Shown here piece after piece: positions 38,334 through 51,527 of a DNA stretch of 64,000 nucleotides (positions are counted from its first letter, which is position 1; each line of letters starts with the position of its first letter). Origin of the DNA: Nymphaea colorata (Eukaryota); contig NC_045138.2 of assembly GCF_008831285.2 (NCBI RefSeq), forward strand, positions 24,676,001 to 24,740,000. Reading direction: 5' to 3'. Under the pieces are notes generated by a model. It had not been told where the DNA came from and did no database searches. It was given only the letters and a program-made list of their open reading frames with translations. Position numbers and translations under genes: made by a program.

Positions 38334-39372
38334 CTAATTAAGTACGCTGTTTGGCAAATATGTTGGCATTTCTTGTGGCAGTGAGCCCCCTGCAAGCTGC
38401 TGATCAGCATGTGGAACGGATGAAAACATGCACCCTTTGAAGGAAGGGGTAGCTTCAGCATCTTCCTCTGAGTGTCGCCTTGTTGGTCTTTGGAGGGAGT
38501 TCTGATTCTTCCTGTAAATTCTACATAAGACCCAATCATCCGTCTGCAGTCAAAGCACAGGAGAGACACTGTTAGATACAGTAAAAAAATGTACGTTCAG
38601 GGCTTGCCCACCAAGGGAAAAGACATTTTTTTCAATGAAAAAGAAGCTTATGCAATATTCATGATAACGAAACCTCTCATTGTTCTTAGTTTTGAGTGAT
38701 TTCCAGTGAGTGTTTTTCATTCACTATATTGAGCTATAAACAACCTCTTTTTCTCTGTGGCCTAGAGATAAAACGAGCAGCATCACCACTTACTCGGATC
38801 GGTTCCTTGTTTTGGGGAAAGCTGTCATTTTCACCGGCAAGATGCACCTTGTACTCATGCATGATCCAATTGGTCTTAGAGCCATTGGATGGCTTCCCAA
38901 TGTAGAAGACGAGCGACTTCTTTACGCCAACTTTCTGCCCACCGGATGTTATCGTCTTGTCTGTGCCGGTGGCCTTCCAAAAGCCAGAGCCAGCGCTTCT
39001 GTTCGGCCGTGAGCCATTTGGGTACTTGCGGTCCCTTGGGGTAAAGAAATACCATTCGTTCTCGGAATCAATTAACAAAGCCTTCCCTGCAACATTCAAA
39101 CCGATCCAATATTGTCAAGAAGCTAAGTTAGAACATTGGCCAAGATGAAAAAGCAAGAAGAGTGAACCGATGTTGGTGGTAATGGTCGTGCACGAATGTG
39201 TACCAGGTAGGACCCATGGATCATATCTATAGAGGTTGATGTCTGCAATTACATTGGAGGAAAAAGTCATGCCCAGAGTCTTGGGGAGGAGATAATGGAG
39301 AACCAGCTCCTCATCAGAGGGGTGGAACCTGAACCCCGGCGGCAAATATATCTGCTCTGCTACTCCTTCCAT
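38334..39372 (-). CDS. NAC domain transcription factor B2, C-terminally truncated (223 aa); possibly pseudogenising
   Basis: Exons 39372-39204, 39086-38794, 38543-38334. NAC domain intact. Exon 3 has a net 72-bp in-frame deletion versus B1, and a +1 frameshift (AGC GTA CTT AAT TAG vs AGC AGC TTA ATT AGT) giving TAG at 38336-38334. Confidence 0.88.
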
Positions 39373-42300
39373 GGTTGTGTGTGTGTGTATATGTGCCTAT
39401 TGTGGTCGTGAGAGAGAGATTTAGAGAAATATAACGGTTGTGGACCGGGAGATAAAGGGTGTCATACTCCCTTTTATAGACAACAACATAGTTTTGGCCA
39501 TCCGGCTAAGAGATCTAAAAACGAAAACTAGGTCAACATAACTCTGGCCTTCGACTAAGAGATCTAGAAAGGAAAACAGCGTGTACCTAACTATGAGCAG
39601 CTGACTTCACGCACCGTTGGGAACAGGAAGCAGTCAGGCACCCTCTCCGAAGGTTCCTCCGTTGCAAGGTCTTCCCCTGCTTCTTAACTTCACCAGTATT
39701 CCTTGAATCCTTTCCAATTCAAACGCTATATCGACCTGGGTCAACGACCGGCAGCCGACCAGGATTATTCGAAAATGCGTCTCATGTTATGCGGCGGGAG
39801 AGCGACGTTGCCAATGCCCACTGGTTATGTGTACCTTGGTGCAAGTTTTTGGTAAAATAAAAGTGTAAATAAAAAGAAAAAAGTAAAACAACTTTACTGC
39901 TTTAAGAGCAGCCACGGTTTCTTTACTGCTTCATAAAATTCTCCTCGCCGAGGCAGATGTGGGCTGGCCAAGTCACTAGGTCCCTTATTTCTGGTCACAA
40001 TCAGGCGTGTTGATTTTCTTGAAGGATCAACCAAGTCGCGTGAAAGCGTGGCCTGGCCTGGAAAAGGCCTGGTTTGGAAATTTTGACGTTTTTGAGAGTT
40101 ACAGATGCTAAGAAAATTCAAAAGCTTCTGGTACAGTAAGGCAAAAAAACACCTATTAAGCAAAATTCGAACTATAGAGCTGCACCTTCTTTAACGTGTT
40201 CAATATGAGGAAAAAGAAGTCTTGATGCTGATCGTTTCCTGCTCAGTATGAAAGAAACTCATTCAATGCATTTACAAAAGAAGGTCAACAAATGCAGCAC
40301 GAGGAAAGATATCGCTGCAATTATCTGCATGGGATTTGTTGATCTCTTCCCGTGATTTCGTCACCATATTTTCTTCTGGGTACCACAGGTGACGAGGGCC
40401 TTGTGCTTGTGTTTTTGTTGTGCATGTGTGGTCAAGAATAGATGCTAATGTAACTTTTAATTACATAATGCTTCTGGGGACTCTTGGATCCAAGAAAACG
40501 TTGCCAAATTAATTAATTGCCTGATCAACATTGAATTTGGGATTTTTATTTTACTTTGTGGACGTTCAGAACAAGTAGAGCTCATTTTCAACCGTCTGCT
40601 CACGCGATTGTAAATAGACTAATCCACGCGATTCTGAACAACCCTCTGTTCATCATAGGGCCGACAACATAAATATACGCCAGTACGGACCGATTTGTAC
40701 TGATATTGATAGCACTGGATCATATATTTCAAACGATCAACAGAAGGCCGCGTGAAGACAAGTTATTGAGGTCCATAGATTCCGATGTAAAAAGTTTTGA
40801 AAGTTAAACATTTACATGCTTAGTAATTAAGCGTCCATTTAAAAATCAAAATTTTCCCTGAAAATGAATTTAATATAATCAAATGCATTTTCCAGTAAAA
40901 AAAAAAAACAAGCGATGTGACAGCATTTGATTTCTCACAAGAAAAGTTAAATTAATACATGATTCATGAGCTGTAGGTTATGATTCTTGCATCGCTAAGG
41001 TTACGTGTGTACTTGAACATCTAGGATGAAGTCCTTCTAGATATACATGAAGGAGAATTGCATTTGCGTCAAAGCTGCCACGTTTGAATACGCAGCTAGC
41101 GCTGGTGCCATTACCAACATCCATCTCTTTATATAAAGGCAAATGAATGGCAAACCAGTACTTCTCCCGAAATGGGGAACCCAACTCTTCTGTCATCAGA
41201 TCATAATTTTCCATTCATGTGTTACTTCCTCATACAGTTCATGTTGTCTGAACTTCGTCTTCTCGATTCATCTAATTGAAAAGCTGTGTGTTTTGGTAGG
41301 TTTCCACTCATATGGTACTTTATTGTTCAATTATGCAAGAACCACTATTTTGAATTATTTGTCAGAAGTTACTGAAGTGAACCCATCCAAGGAAGCTCCC
41401 CTACTAGAGATCTGATGAGAAAAGGATGTAGGAATTCCTTCATTTCGTCGGTCTGCTGCTGTCTAAATTGGGATTCATTTATTCAACTACGGGTCAGCAA
41501 GCTGAATTTGGAGTTTTCAAGTCTTTTTAAACAGATACTCAAACGTAAAATGTGGTTACCAAGCATCTCATACGTATGCAACTTAGTTTCAGGATCATTC
41601 TGAGTGTGTCCAATGGAAATGAAACAAAGAAACTTTACATTTTTACTGTCAAATGATGGCCACGTCGAGTCAAAAGTTGTCGTTTTGAAACTTGTGAGAT
41701 GTATTTTCAAGCTGAAAGACTGTCTACTGACTCCTGGAAAAAAGGAAAGGACGTTACTGCAAGAACCTAGAACGGTCATAAGCATTCAAATCTTCGTATT
41801 CATGTGGCTGGCCAACGCAACTTCTTATATGTACAGGTAATCAGAAAAATTTTACCTTTTTGTTTCTTGTACAAGTCACAGTGTTCTAATTGTGTTCAAC
41901 ATTTTAAACGAAAACCATTGTTGGACCAATTCATTTGGACGTATAATCAAAGCTTCATGAAAGCTGAACGGAAGCTTCTACTTATACTGTTTTAAGGTAT
42001 GAAATTTTGAAACGCATCAGTAAAAATTTTTTAGGGTAAAGATATTATTTGAAAAAAAAACCTGACTACCTAAAAAGTGAACTCATTTGGCCTTCTATAT
42101 AGGCAAACAGGGCTGCCGCTTAGGTTTTGTCATTTGAGACGGATGATGGTGGTCTGTCGTTAATTAAGAGTCTTTAAATAAAACTTTTTATTAGTTTTGA
42201 TGATGTCGAACAAACCATATGAATTAGGCAATTCGAGCTGACTCAGATACACTGGTATATAAATACTATATATGTAAGAAATGGTTTATATATAACACCC

Positions 42301-44870
42301 AATAATATGGATGTGATTTATATGATTAATTTAGTACAGTAACTGTCTGTACAGAATGGCAGCTATAGAAAATAGTCTTGCCGGCAGATTAGTCGCTGCT
42401 ACTGCTGCTGCTGATGGTGAAATATTTGCACCCACCTCTGCCTCTCCCACATGCCCAGCACTTGAATCTGCCTCAAACTCCATAAACAAATCGTTGGAGA
42501 GCTCCAGAGGACCAGAAACGACTCGTCCAACTGTAGTGGAAAGACATGTATATCACCACACGATGTCAACTTTACTAATGCATACTTCTATAGAAGATGA
42601 ATAAATGCCTAGTTTTCTTCCCAATTGTATTTATTAATTCTAAGATGGTGGCCTTCCATCAATTCTATCACTGCAATTCCTGACCCAACTAATGAGCCTA
42701 AAATCAAATCTCCTGTCCACAAAAAATCTTGAGGTAACTTAAAATCCAGTTAAAAGTTATTATTTTAGAACAAGTAATATATGTTTCAGTTTCAGGTTAA
42801 GAACTCCGGCCAAAATGATTTTTGCATTTTGCAGTTCTGTATATGAAAGAGCGAGAGGTGCCCGATTTCCGGAATTAGCAAGAATCTGGCCCTTTGAAAT
42901 AAAATGAAGAGAGCAAGAGGAAATTAAGCCGCATGAGGTTCTCATCTTTATCATCAACAATATATATATATATATAGAGGAAATTTTTTATATGTCGGAT
43001 GCTCAATGTTGCTAGATGGTAGAAAAATTTATGCGCTGACGGTGTCTGCGAACCATCCTCCTGAAAGTTGCAAGAACACGCGGGATGGCACCTTAATTAA
43101 TTACGGTAACTTCTCTTTGCCGTTGTTCTAACGTCCCTCTCTTAGAAATTCATATTTTTAGGCATTTTTTGTTCTATGATTTTTTAAGCACTTTTTGACA
43201 AATCTAATAATAAAAACGATTGTGACTTGTCCAATAAATTAACAAAAATGAAATCGATTATACAAATCAAAATTTTATGAAAGGAATTTATAAGACCTTT
43301 GGTCTTGAAATTCTTAAAAATTTTTGTCCTCTATGCTGAGTTCTAGGGGTTTGTTTCTTCTTATAATTTCGATTGTTTCTGCTTATTCTCTCATTATCTA
43401 GTTGGATTTGTGAAAATTAGTTCAAAAATAATTGAAACAACCATGCAATGGCTATGTAAATATACAGAAGGCGGAATTAATGAACTTTTATATATGTTTT
43501 CTAATCATTTTGATTGACAGGTTGGAATGTTTTCGGACGTGCTACCTTGCAAACGATTATCAATTAGTTGATAATTTAGATGCGACACAGGCAACGCACA
43601 TATCCCTCACATTTACTTATTCTACAAGTTTTATGAACCTTACATATATATCAATAGGTTGGAGTGTGTCACCTGGCCAATATCTACTGTCTAAATGCGT
43701 AGTTTAGTATTTTAAGCATTGGTGATTGGTAGATCTCACGGTACAAAGTGTTCGAAATTGTAGTAATAAAGTTCAATAAGAAAACAATGCATGACCATTA
43801 AAATTTTAGTAGTGCCGATGCGCCCACTCCCAATTTGGCCTTGATACACGAGGAAACTAAGAAAAACTGGAAATTAAGGAGCTCGTACTTAACTTCTATC
43901 CTTGTTCCACGCAGCTCGTTTTTCTTCTCCGTTCTTTCTGCTGAAGAACAAGGAGAAAAGAAGATTAAATACCAAATTATGGAGTATTGATAGTGGCTTT
44001 TATATAAAATTAAGCTTAATGTAGGCACTGACCTGAAGTTGTCACCACCGATCTCGATCATTCACCGTCATGTCCCCTGCCATGTAGGCGGAAAGCAGAT
44101 CCATTCCAATTTTTTGTTGTAGGAGCCAAATTATAGTTTCAAATTTTTAATAAGAGCCAAAATATAATTTTTCTAAATTATATATATATATATATATTAA
44201 ATTATAAGTTTCAAAATTTTGAAATAAATTTCCGATTTTTAAAAAAATTAGAGAGGGCCCCTGCTGATCGTCGCTTTGTTCGCCTACCTTGATTACCTGC
44301 ACCGGTGCTCCACATGCTATCATGGCTGTATGCTATATAAGCGCCTTGAGGGGGCAATCTTGTCTGTCCGATCTAATGCAGATCGGATGGCACGCTGGAT
44401 CCTAGCAATTCTAATGAAGATCAAGTCACGGCAGATTGACGTTATATATATATATATATATATTGGAAATTCAAATCCCATATTGAAATTGAGTCTTTGA
44501 TTGGGTGAGTCAGATAAAAGCTGGGTATATAGATCCAAACTAAGTTCAAACCATTTATGTCCACACTGTGTGTCGGCGCGGGTGTGTTTGAGAGAGTGAG
44601 GGAGAAGCGACCAAATGGTACTGGGTCTCTTATTTCATTGTACTGGATTTTGCTCTTGGCCAAAAACAGGATTTTCTTTTTAGGGGTCGAAACTGCATAG
44701 GAATGGCTGAATAAAATTTGTGAAGTTTTTTCATAGATGTCAAAGTGTTTTCTATTTTTTTTTTTTTTTTACAAAGGTGAAATCAAGGTGTTTTGAAATT
44801 TTTAACAAGTAAAACTTTAATTTTCAAAAATCAGATGAGGAGGCCATGGCCCCCTTGGCTTGGCGCCTGA

Positions 44871-45650
44871 TTCTGGGGTTTTTACCTTTCTTTCAGGCGA
44901 TCTTCACATTCCCAGATGAGCGAAGGATGCCGATGAAAGAGCAAGCTTCAGGCATGTACCGCCTCTCATCCTACTTCATGGCGTACATGACGCAGATCTT
45001 CCGATGGATTTGGTTCTACCCACCATCTTCATGATCAAAACCTACTGGATGGGACGTCTCAGCCCTTCTGCATTTCGATTCTTCATCATCCTCTTCAGCA
45101 TCCTCTTCTTCTTCCCCGCCGTCGAGGACCGAGGATTAATGCTCGGCGCGGTGCTCATGGACGTTAAGACTGCGTCCACTCTGAGCTTCTGTCATCATGC
45201 TCACCTTCATGTTGGCAGCAGGGTTTTATGTTCAACGAGTTCCTGCTTTCATCTCATGGATCAAGTACATCTCCGTGATCCATTACACCTACAAACTTCT
45301 TCTGGGTGCACAATACTCCCCACAGCAGACCTACGAGTGCAGTCCTGGAGTTGCTTGTCGAGTTGCAGACTTCCCCATGATCAAGGCGGTAGGCTTGGGT
45401 CGCCTGGCTGTCACTGCCGGTGTGCTTGGCCTGATGCTCGCCGGCTGGCTGTCGGCTCACATAGCTTACTTGGCCTTGATCTGGATTGGCAAAAAACAAC
45501 GAAGATGAGCCAGAAGTAGGTGCTACACTAGAACCAGGCACAACTCATTCAACTACACAAGCATGTGCGAAAAGACAGAAAAGAGAACAGAAGATGTTGT
45601 TAAGGGACTCAGATTGCCGATTGTTTCGTTCTTATCTAATCTTGAGAAAG
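44871..45650 (+). pseudogene. Inverted, frameshifted copy of ABCG exon 4 plus 3' UTR
   Basis: Reverse complement of ~47480-48250, with frameshifts near 44990 and 45184. No upstream exons; preceded by a MITE-like end (ggaggccatggcccc...gcgcctg). Confidence 0.92.
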
Positions 45651-47620
45651 ATGGCACACCTCTTGATGAAAAATTAAAACCCGGGTGACATAGAACGGTT
45701 CATTTGGCATTACAAAATGCAACTACTATGCTTGCTAGGGTGAGCCCCAGATGCAGTCATAAGGCTTACAGTTCTTCATCAAGGTGACGGATCATCTTCT
45801 TGGACTCATAATAGGACCCCCATTCTGTGTACCTTTTTTTACTTAGGCCACCTTTAGTTATAAATTGGTGTAAAAAAGAACAAATTTTCACCATCCCTAG
45901 ACGACTGCATTTCAGCCAATCAATAGGGTTATTGAAATTGTTCTTCAATATTCGTGCCTTGTTGAAATCTTGGGAAAGAAGTCAGCCTGAAGTCCCAACT
46001 ATTCTTCTTTGAGAAAGTTTAACCTCCATGAGTCAAAGAAAAAGGACACCTTCAAATGAATATTTATATGACCCCTTCTGAATCAGCGCAGGTTCAAAGT
46101 AAAGTAACAAGTGAACGTTTATGATCGTAAGATTATGACTTGTAACTTTTGAGATGTCATAGTGGCAGAGCCACAAATAAATGGGCGCACTTGCTTGCCT
46201 TCCTAACTTTCTATAATTTTCATGCATGTACATATTTATACATATTACTGCCCCCTTTCAACTGGAATTTTGCATAGAAGTGCTTCCCTTAGGGTATTGA
46301 AATTGTTCTTCAATATTTGCATTAGAAAATTTCTAGCCCCATTAGGATGCTTTTATTTATTTGTTTATACAGGCAGGATTTGCATTTAAGTAGCCAAAAG
46401 ACGGTAGCACAAGCGGTTTGGTGTAGCTGATTAGACCAGCAGTTGGTAAAAGAAGCAAGTCGCTACAAGTGGGTGTACCAGAATCACAATCAGGGGCGGA
46501 GGCACATGTGGGCTTGTGTAGGCACTCAATTCAATTTATGGAGTTAGAAAAGTTTCATGTGGGCTTAGAAAAGTTTCATGTGGGCTTGTGTAGACACTCA
46601 ATTCAATTTATGGAGTTAGAAAAGTTTCAGGACACTCGAAACTCGATATCCTGACCTCGAAACTCAGCACGGAATTTTGAGGTCTGACCAATCTAGACAG
46701 GCTCCAAATTTACGAGAGTGGGAATAACATATTTAAGTTTTCAGTTATGGCAACTCGTAGAACTAAAAGAAAACAAAAGTTGTTTTTGAACTGCCATTAC
46801 GCATTTCCTATGCAATTGTATTGCACCATCCGTTTTCCCAGCATTCAGTGGTTACAGTTAAATGATTAAGAAATGCCTCTGATGAGAATTTCTTTTCTTT
46901 TGCCAAACTCGAGATGCATCCATGTTCTAATAGATTTAGATTATCCACATTCATATTCAGTATCAGGATCCATTTCTCAACCATTGAATAAAGTAAATGC
47001 AACCAAACATTCCTGGGTACAGAAAAACATAGAAAGCCACCTTTAACCCTCGGCGTCCGTCATTAAGATGAACGGCACTCATAAACGCCTCAAGGGTTTC
47101 AAATCCTCGTTCCCACATCGGTTTAATACAAAAAACTTTGAAGTGTTAAGAAAGGGGTCCAACTGCGACTTGTACCTGATTCGCTCTTCTTGTCCATGCT
47201 CAAAGCCCTCTTCCCGTTGAAAAAATCATGAAACTCGTTTCTTCTTAGGCCTCCAAGATCACTCCACTTTGCTGTCAATGATTTTTTACTCTTAGCTGTT
47301 TGATTTGGAGTTTTAAAGCAGTACAAAATTGAGACACATGAATATTATGGAGAAGAAGGGTGGGCATGCAGTAGTATGGAAACCAACAAACCCACAATTA
47401 CATGGCACTATTAAGGATGGGGAGGCAGTAAAAAGGCTTGTCTAGTTTTTCTTCCTTTAATTACATCTCTGTTTGTCTTTTCTCTAAAATTATTAGATAA
47501 TAAAGGATCAATCGGCAACCTGAGTCCCTTACCAACAACTGCCTCTTCTTCTCTCTTTTTGCACCTGCTTATCTGGTTGAACGAGTCGTGTCTGGTTCTA
47601 GGCTTGCACCCACGTCTGGC

Positions 47621-50600
47621 TCATCTTGGTGCCTTGCCGATCCGCATCAAGGCTAAGTAAGCTACAAGCCGGTAGCCGACGAGCATCAGGCCGAGCACGC
47701 CGGCGGTGACAGCCAGGCGATCCAAGCCTACCGCCTTGATCATGGGGAAGTCTGCAACTCGACAAGCAACTCCAGGACTGCACTCGTAGGTCTGCTGTGG
47801 GGAGTATTGTGCACCCAGAAGAAGTTTGTAGGTGTAATGGATCACGGAGATGTACTTGATCCATGAGATGAAAGCAGGAACTCGTTGAACATAAAACCCT
47901 GCTGCCAACATGAAGGTGAGCATGATGACAGAAGCGAGAGTGGACGCAGTCTTAACGTCCATGAGCACTGCCCCGAGCATTAGCCCTAGGCCCTCGACGA
48001 CGAGGACGGAGAAGAGGATGCTGAAAAGGGTGATGAAGAATCGGAATGCAGAAGGGTTGAGACCTCCCATCCAGTAGGTTATGATCATGAAGATGGTGGG
48101 TAGAACCAATTCCATCGGAAGATCTGCCGTCATGTACGCCGTGAAGTAGGATGAGAGGCGGTACATGCCTGAAGCTCGCTCTTTCATCAGCATCCTTCGC
48201 TCATCTGGGAATGTGAAGATCGCCTGGAAGAGAGGGTAGAAGCCCCAGAAGCCAGTGCAGAAGAACAAGAGACCCACCTACTAATCACAAGCAGGATCAG
48301 AAGCAAAGAACATTGGAATGATCAATTAACAAACACCGTCACAATGAAAATCTTCTATATACACATGCTGAAAATCTGAAGATTTTTAGAACTTTAAGCT
48401 GCAGAAGAAGTGTTTGGGCTTGACAATGAATCTGCTAAGCCGACACACACCGGCAGATTCTGTGGAGTTGCACTAATTTGGTAATGAACATTCAGCCTCG
48501 GAAACATTGCTAAAAATGAAACACGGCAATGAGGAATTGATTTCTGCTTAGGAAGTTTTACGAGGTGGAAGCAAATTCGTGAAGGTTGATGCCACCAGCG
48601 ATCAGATTAACAAGAATGATGGCCATACGTTCAGAACTTGCGTCTTGGCAGTACCTGATCCTGTAACTGAGATGTGTCGGAGCGCCACCACAGAAGGCCA
48701 GATAGAAGCGCCACCATCAAAACCTGGAAAACTCTAAGGCCAGAAAAAGATTCGTGCCTCCTCTCCTTCAAAGCTCGCCTGAGAAGAATCGTGAATTGCT
48801 GCCACCATGTGGTCTGAAACTGCTTCTCGTCACCTGAATTCTGCTTCTTCTCTTTCTTCCGTCCCCCATTTTCATTTTCCATAGCCTCGATTTCTCCTCG
48901 TGCCTCCTCTCTGACGCATGGCTCCAACTGCTCGATATACGCCGCCACCAAGGCCTGCTTCGTGGCCCTCTGGTCCATTGACTCGTCCGTGCTGATGCCT
49001 GAGCACATGCAAAGTCATTCAAGGCCACAAACAATAAGAAGGTTAATTCCATAAGAAAGCAAAAACCCCACTGATTGATCGACCAAAGCTGCAGCACCAT
49101 TACCAAAAACCAGTGTGTTGGAAAGCCAATTGGGTTGTGCTTGCAACCTCCACTTAGCTTTTGGGAGGAACATTTTACCAGCCATGGTAAAAGTTATTTC
49201 GCACGAAAATGCTTTTCTAGGAAATCCATTTGCTTATGGTAGGAGGGGTCATTGCTTGTATAAGGAAACATAATTTTAAAATTTAATGAGAGGATCTTAC
49301 CGACTATTTTCAGAACAAAAAAAAAAAAAAGTGTCATGCTAAACCATGAAAAGTAGACCTATAATTTCTTCATAGGGTCAGCTCATGGCTAGCTCTGTTC
49401 ACCTATTAAATAGTCCAACAAGGGCTCGTAAGCAATGTTCAGCTTGTTCATCACATGCAGATGACACCAGCATATGTACAAACGTAATCAGTACCCATTC
49501 AACTCATATAAGCTCACATGAATTCCATACAAATATAAGTTAATATATTATGCGTATAGGTGTGAACGTAAGTATGGTACAAAACTTTAACAAATGTTTT
49601 CAAAGATTCTTTTAGAAGATGAGCCTGATCGTGCCCAAGGCTTGTTCACATGCAAGGTTTTTGCCCTTAATTTGATGAACAAACCAAACATGATCGTTCT
49701 GTTTTATTCAGTTCATTTGCCAAACCTACTTTCTAATATGGAAGAGTTACTTGTCTACAAAAACTGAAATCGTTTCAGAATTAAATTATGTCACCGCAAA
49801 GGCTAGCCATGTTCCAGATTTATGACTGCTATGTACAAAGTGAAGCCTAGGCCAATAACGGCTAATCTGCACGAGAACCTTGCTGGAGAACCAAAATAGA
49901 AACCTATCTTACCGTTAGCAAGATCAAGCAAGAAATCAGCAGGGTTCATGGCAAGAGTTGGTGAGTGGCCAATGCTGGAGAAGTAGTCCAGAGCGCCGGA
50001 GGCCTGCCCAAAGTAGAAAGGGTGCCCATCGGACAACAGCAGGACCTTGTTGAAGAGATAGTAGAGCCTGCTGGAGGGCTGGTGTATAGTCATGACAATG
50101 GTCCGACCCCCTTTCGCTAGGCCCGCAAGGGTGGAAACAAGCCTTTGAGCCGTGGTCGAGTCAAGCCCCGAGGTGGGCTCGTCCAGCAGGAGCAAGCTAG
50201 GGTTGATCAGCATCTCTTGGCCCACACTAACCCTCTTCCGCTCCCCACCAGACACTCCCCTGAGGAAGTTTCCCCCTATGACGCTGTTCCGGCAGCCGGC
50301 GAGGCCGAGCTCCGCTATTACAGCTTCGGCCTGGCTCGCCTTCTCCTGTGCTGTCATAATGTTGGGTAGGCGTAGCTGCGCGGTGAAGACGAGGGTCTCA
50401 GTCACAGTCAGATGGGGGTGCAGCACGTCGTCCTGCGTCACGAAGCCCATGTTCCTCTTGACCGAGTTGCAGAATGGTATGCCGTTGTAGGTGACGCTGC
50501 CGGCGAGCCTCCCTCCGAGCCTACCTCCCAACGCAGTCAAAAGGGTCGTCTTGCCGCTGCCCGACGGACCTAACATAGCGAGGATCTCGCCGGGCTTAAC

Positions 50601-51527
50601 CGCGCCGGAGACGCCCTTGAGGATGGTCCTGTCTGTCGCCTTCTCCGAGCCAAGTAGACCAAAACATCGCTTCTCTGTCTGGGTCTTGATCTTGTATACC
50701 ACGTTCTCAAACTGCAAAATCGTGATGACACAAACGGGATCAGGAACAAGTAAGATGAAAAGCCTACCATTGAAAATTGTCGTCGACTTAATGTGGGCTT
50801 CGGGAATCTAAACACCAACAAGATCACGGAGAAAAAGAGAGAGAAGAATTCTTTCCATTCATGGCGAACGAAAAAGGAGAAAAGAAAAAGTAAAACCAGA
50901 AACGGGTTTGAATTTTTCCTTCAAGAGCCGAGACAAGAAAGACCATCGCCGCCGACTATGCACGCGAACACACACCGGCTGTTCCCTTCAAGACAAAAGA
51001 CGACTGACTCTACATTGGCAGGTTTTGATTGGTAGAGCTCTAATCGCCTCCATCCCCCACGAAAGGGAAGTTCAAGAACGACACCAAGGCTCAATCTGGG
51101 TTCGACCTTTGCAACACGGGGTTCGAACCTGAGCCTTTACAAGGGGGCCTAGAGATGAGCCATAACAGTACCATCAAGATGAATAACAAGAAAAAAGAAG
51201 AGAACCCATCGTCTGAACATGGCGTTCTCGAGTGCATGCCATGAGAAGAACAAAAGGCATCGCTAACGCATTCCCTACTGCATGCGATGGAAAGAAACGA
51301 AAACGGAAATGCTGTCAAGAAGGCGAAGAGACATCAAGAATCCCATCGTCGCTTGATGCATTTTGCGCTAGATAAGAACGCCCTTGTTTGATCGGCGTCA
51401 TCTTTATGTATTTCTACGTCCATATATACAAGGAAGCACATACCCTGAGAGTAACGGGGCGGGGGATCTGCCCGAGAAGGGAACGAGGGCCGGACTCGGC
51501 TCGCGTCTCCTGGTCGCGCACGTCCAT
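47621..51527 (-). CDS. Half-size ABCG (WBC) transporter, ABCG9/14/21 clade, 627 aa
   Basis: Exons 51527-51444 (MDVRD...RPVTLR), 50711-49913, 48998-48655, 48277-47621; 1884 nt in frame with GT-AG introns. Walker A GPSGSGKT, signature VSGGERKR, Walker [21 protein letters not shown] motif [14 protein letters not shown]. Confidence 0.95.

Larger units (their letters stand above)
25134..45319. repeat. Tandem segmental duplication unit 2 (~20.2 kb; NAC-A2, NAC-B2)
   Basis: Starts with the same 'gtgttgcg.ttttgaagtaa' as unit 1 (932). Ends inside the ABCG pseudo-exon at the position homologous to 25133. Confidence 0.9.

Noticed and set aside
46506..46629. Short nested tandem repeats in the hairpin spacer
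   Set aside because: Looks like local slippage at a MITE remnant (caggggcggaggcac); no sign of function.
50768..50770. ATG|GT micro first exon for ABCG
   Set aside because: Would need a 56-nt intron, and a homologous-looking exon 1 exists upstream.
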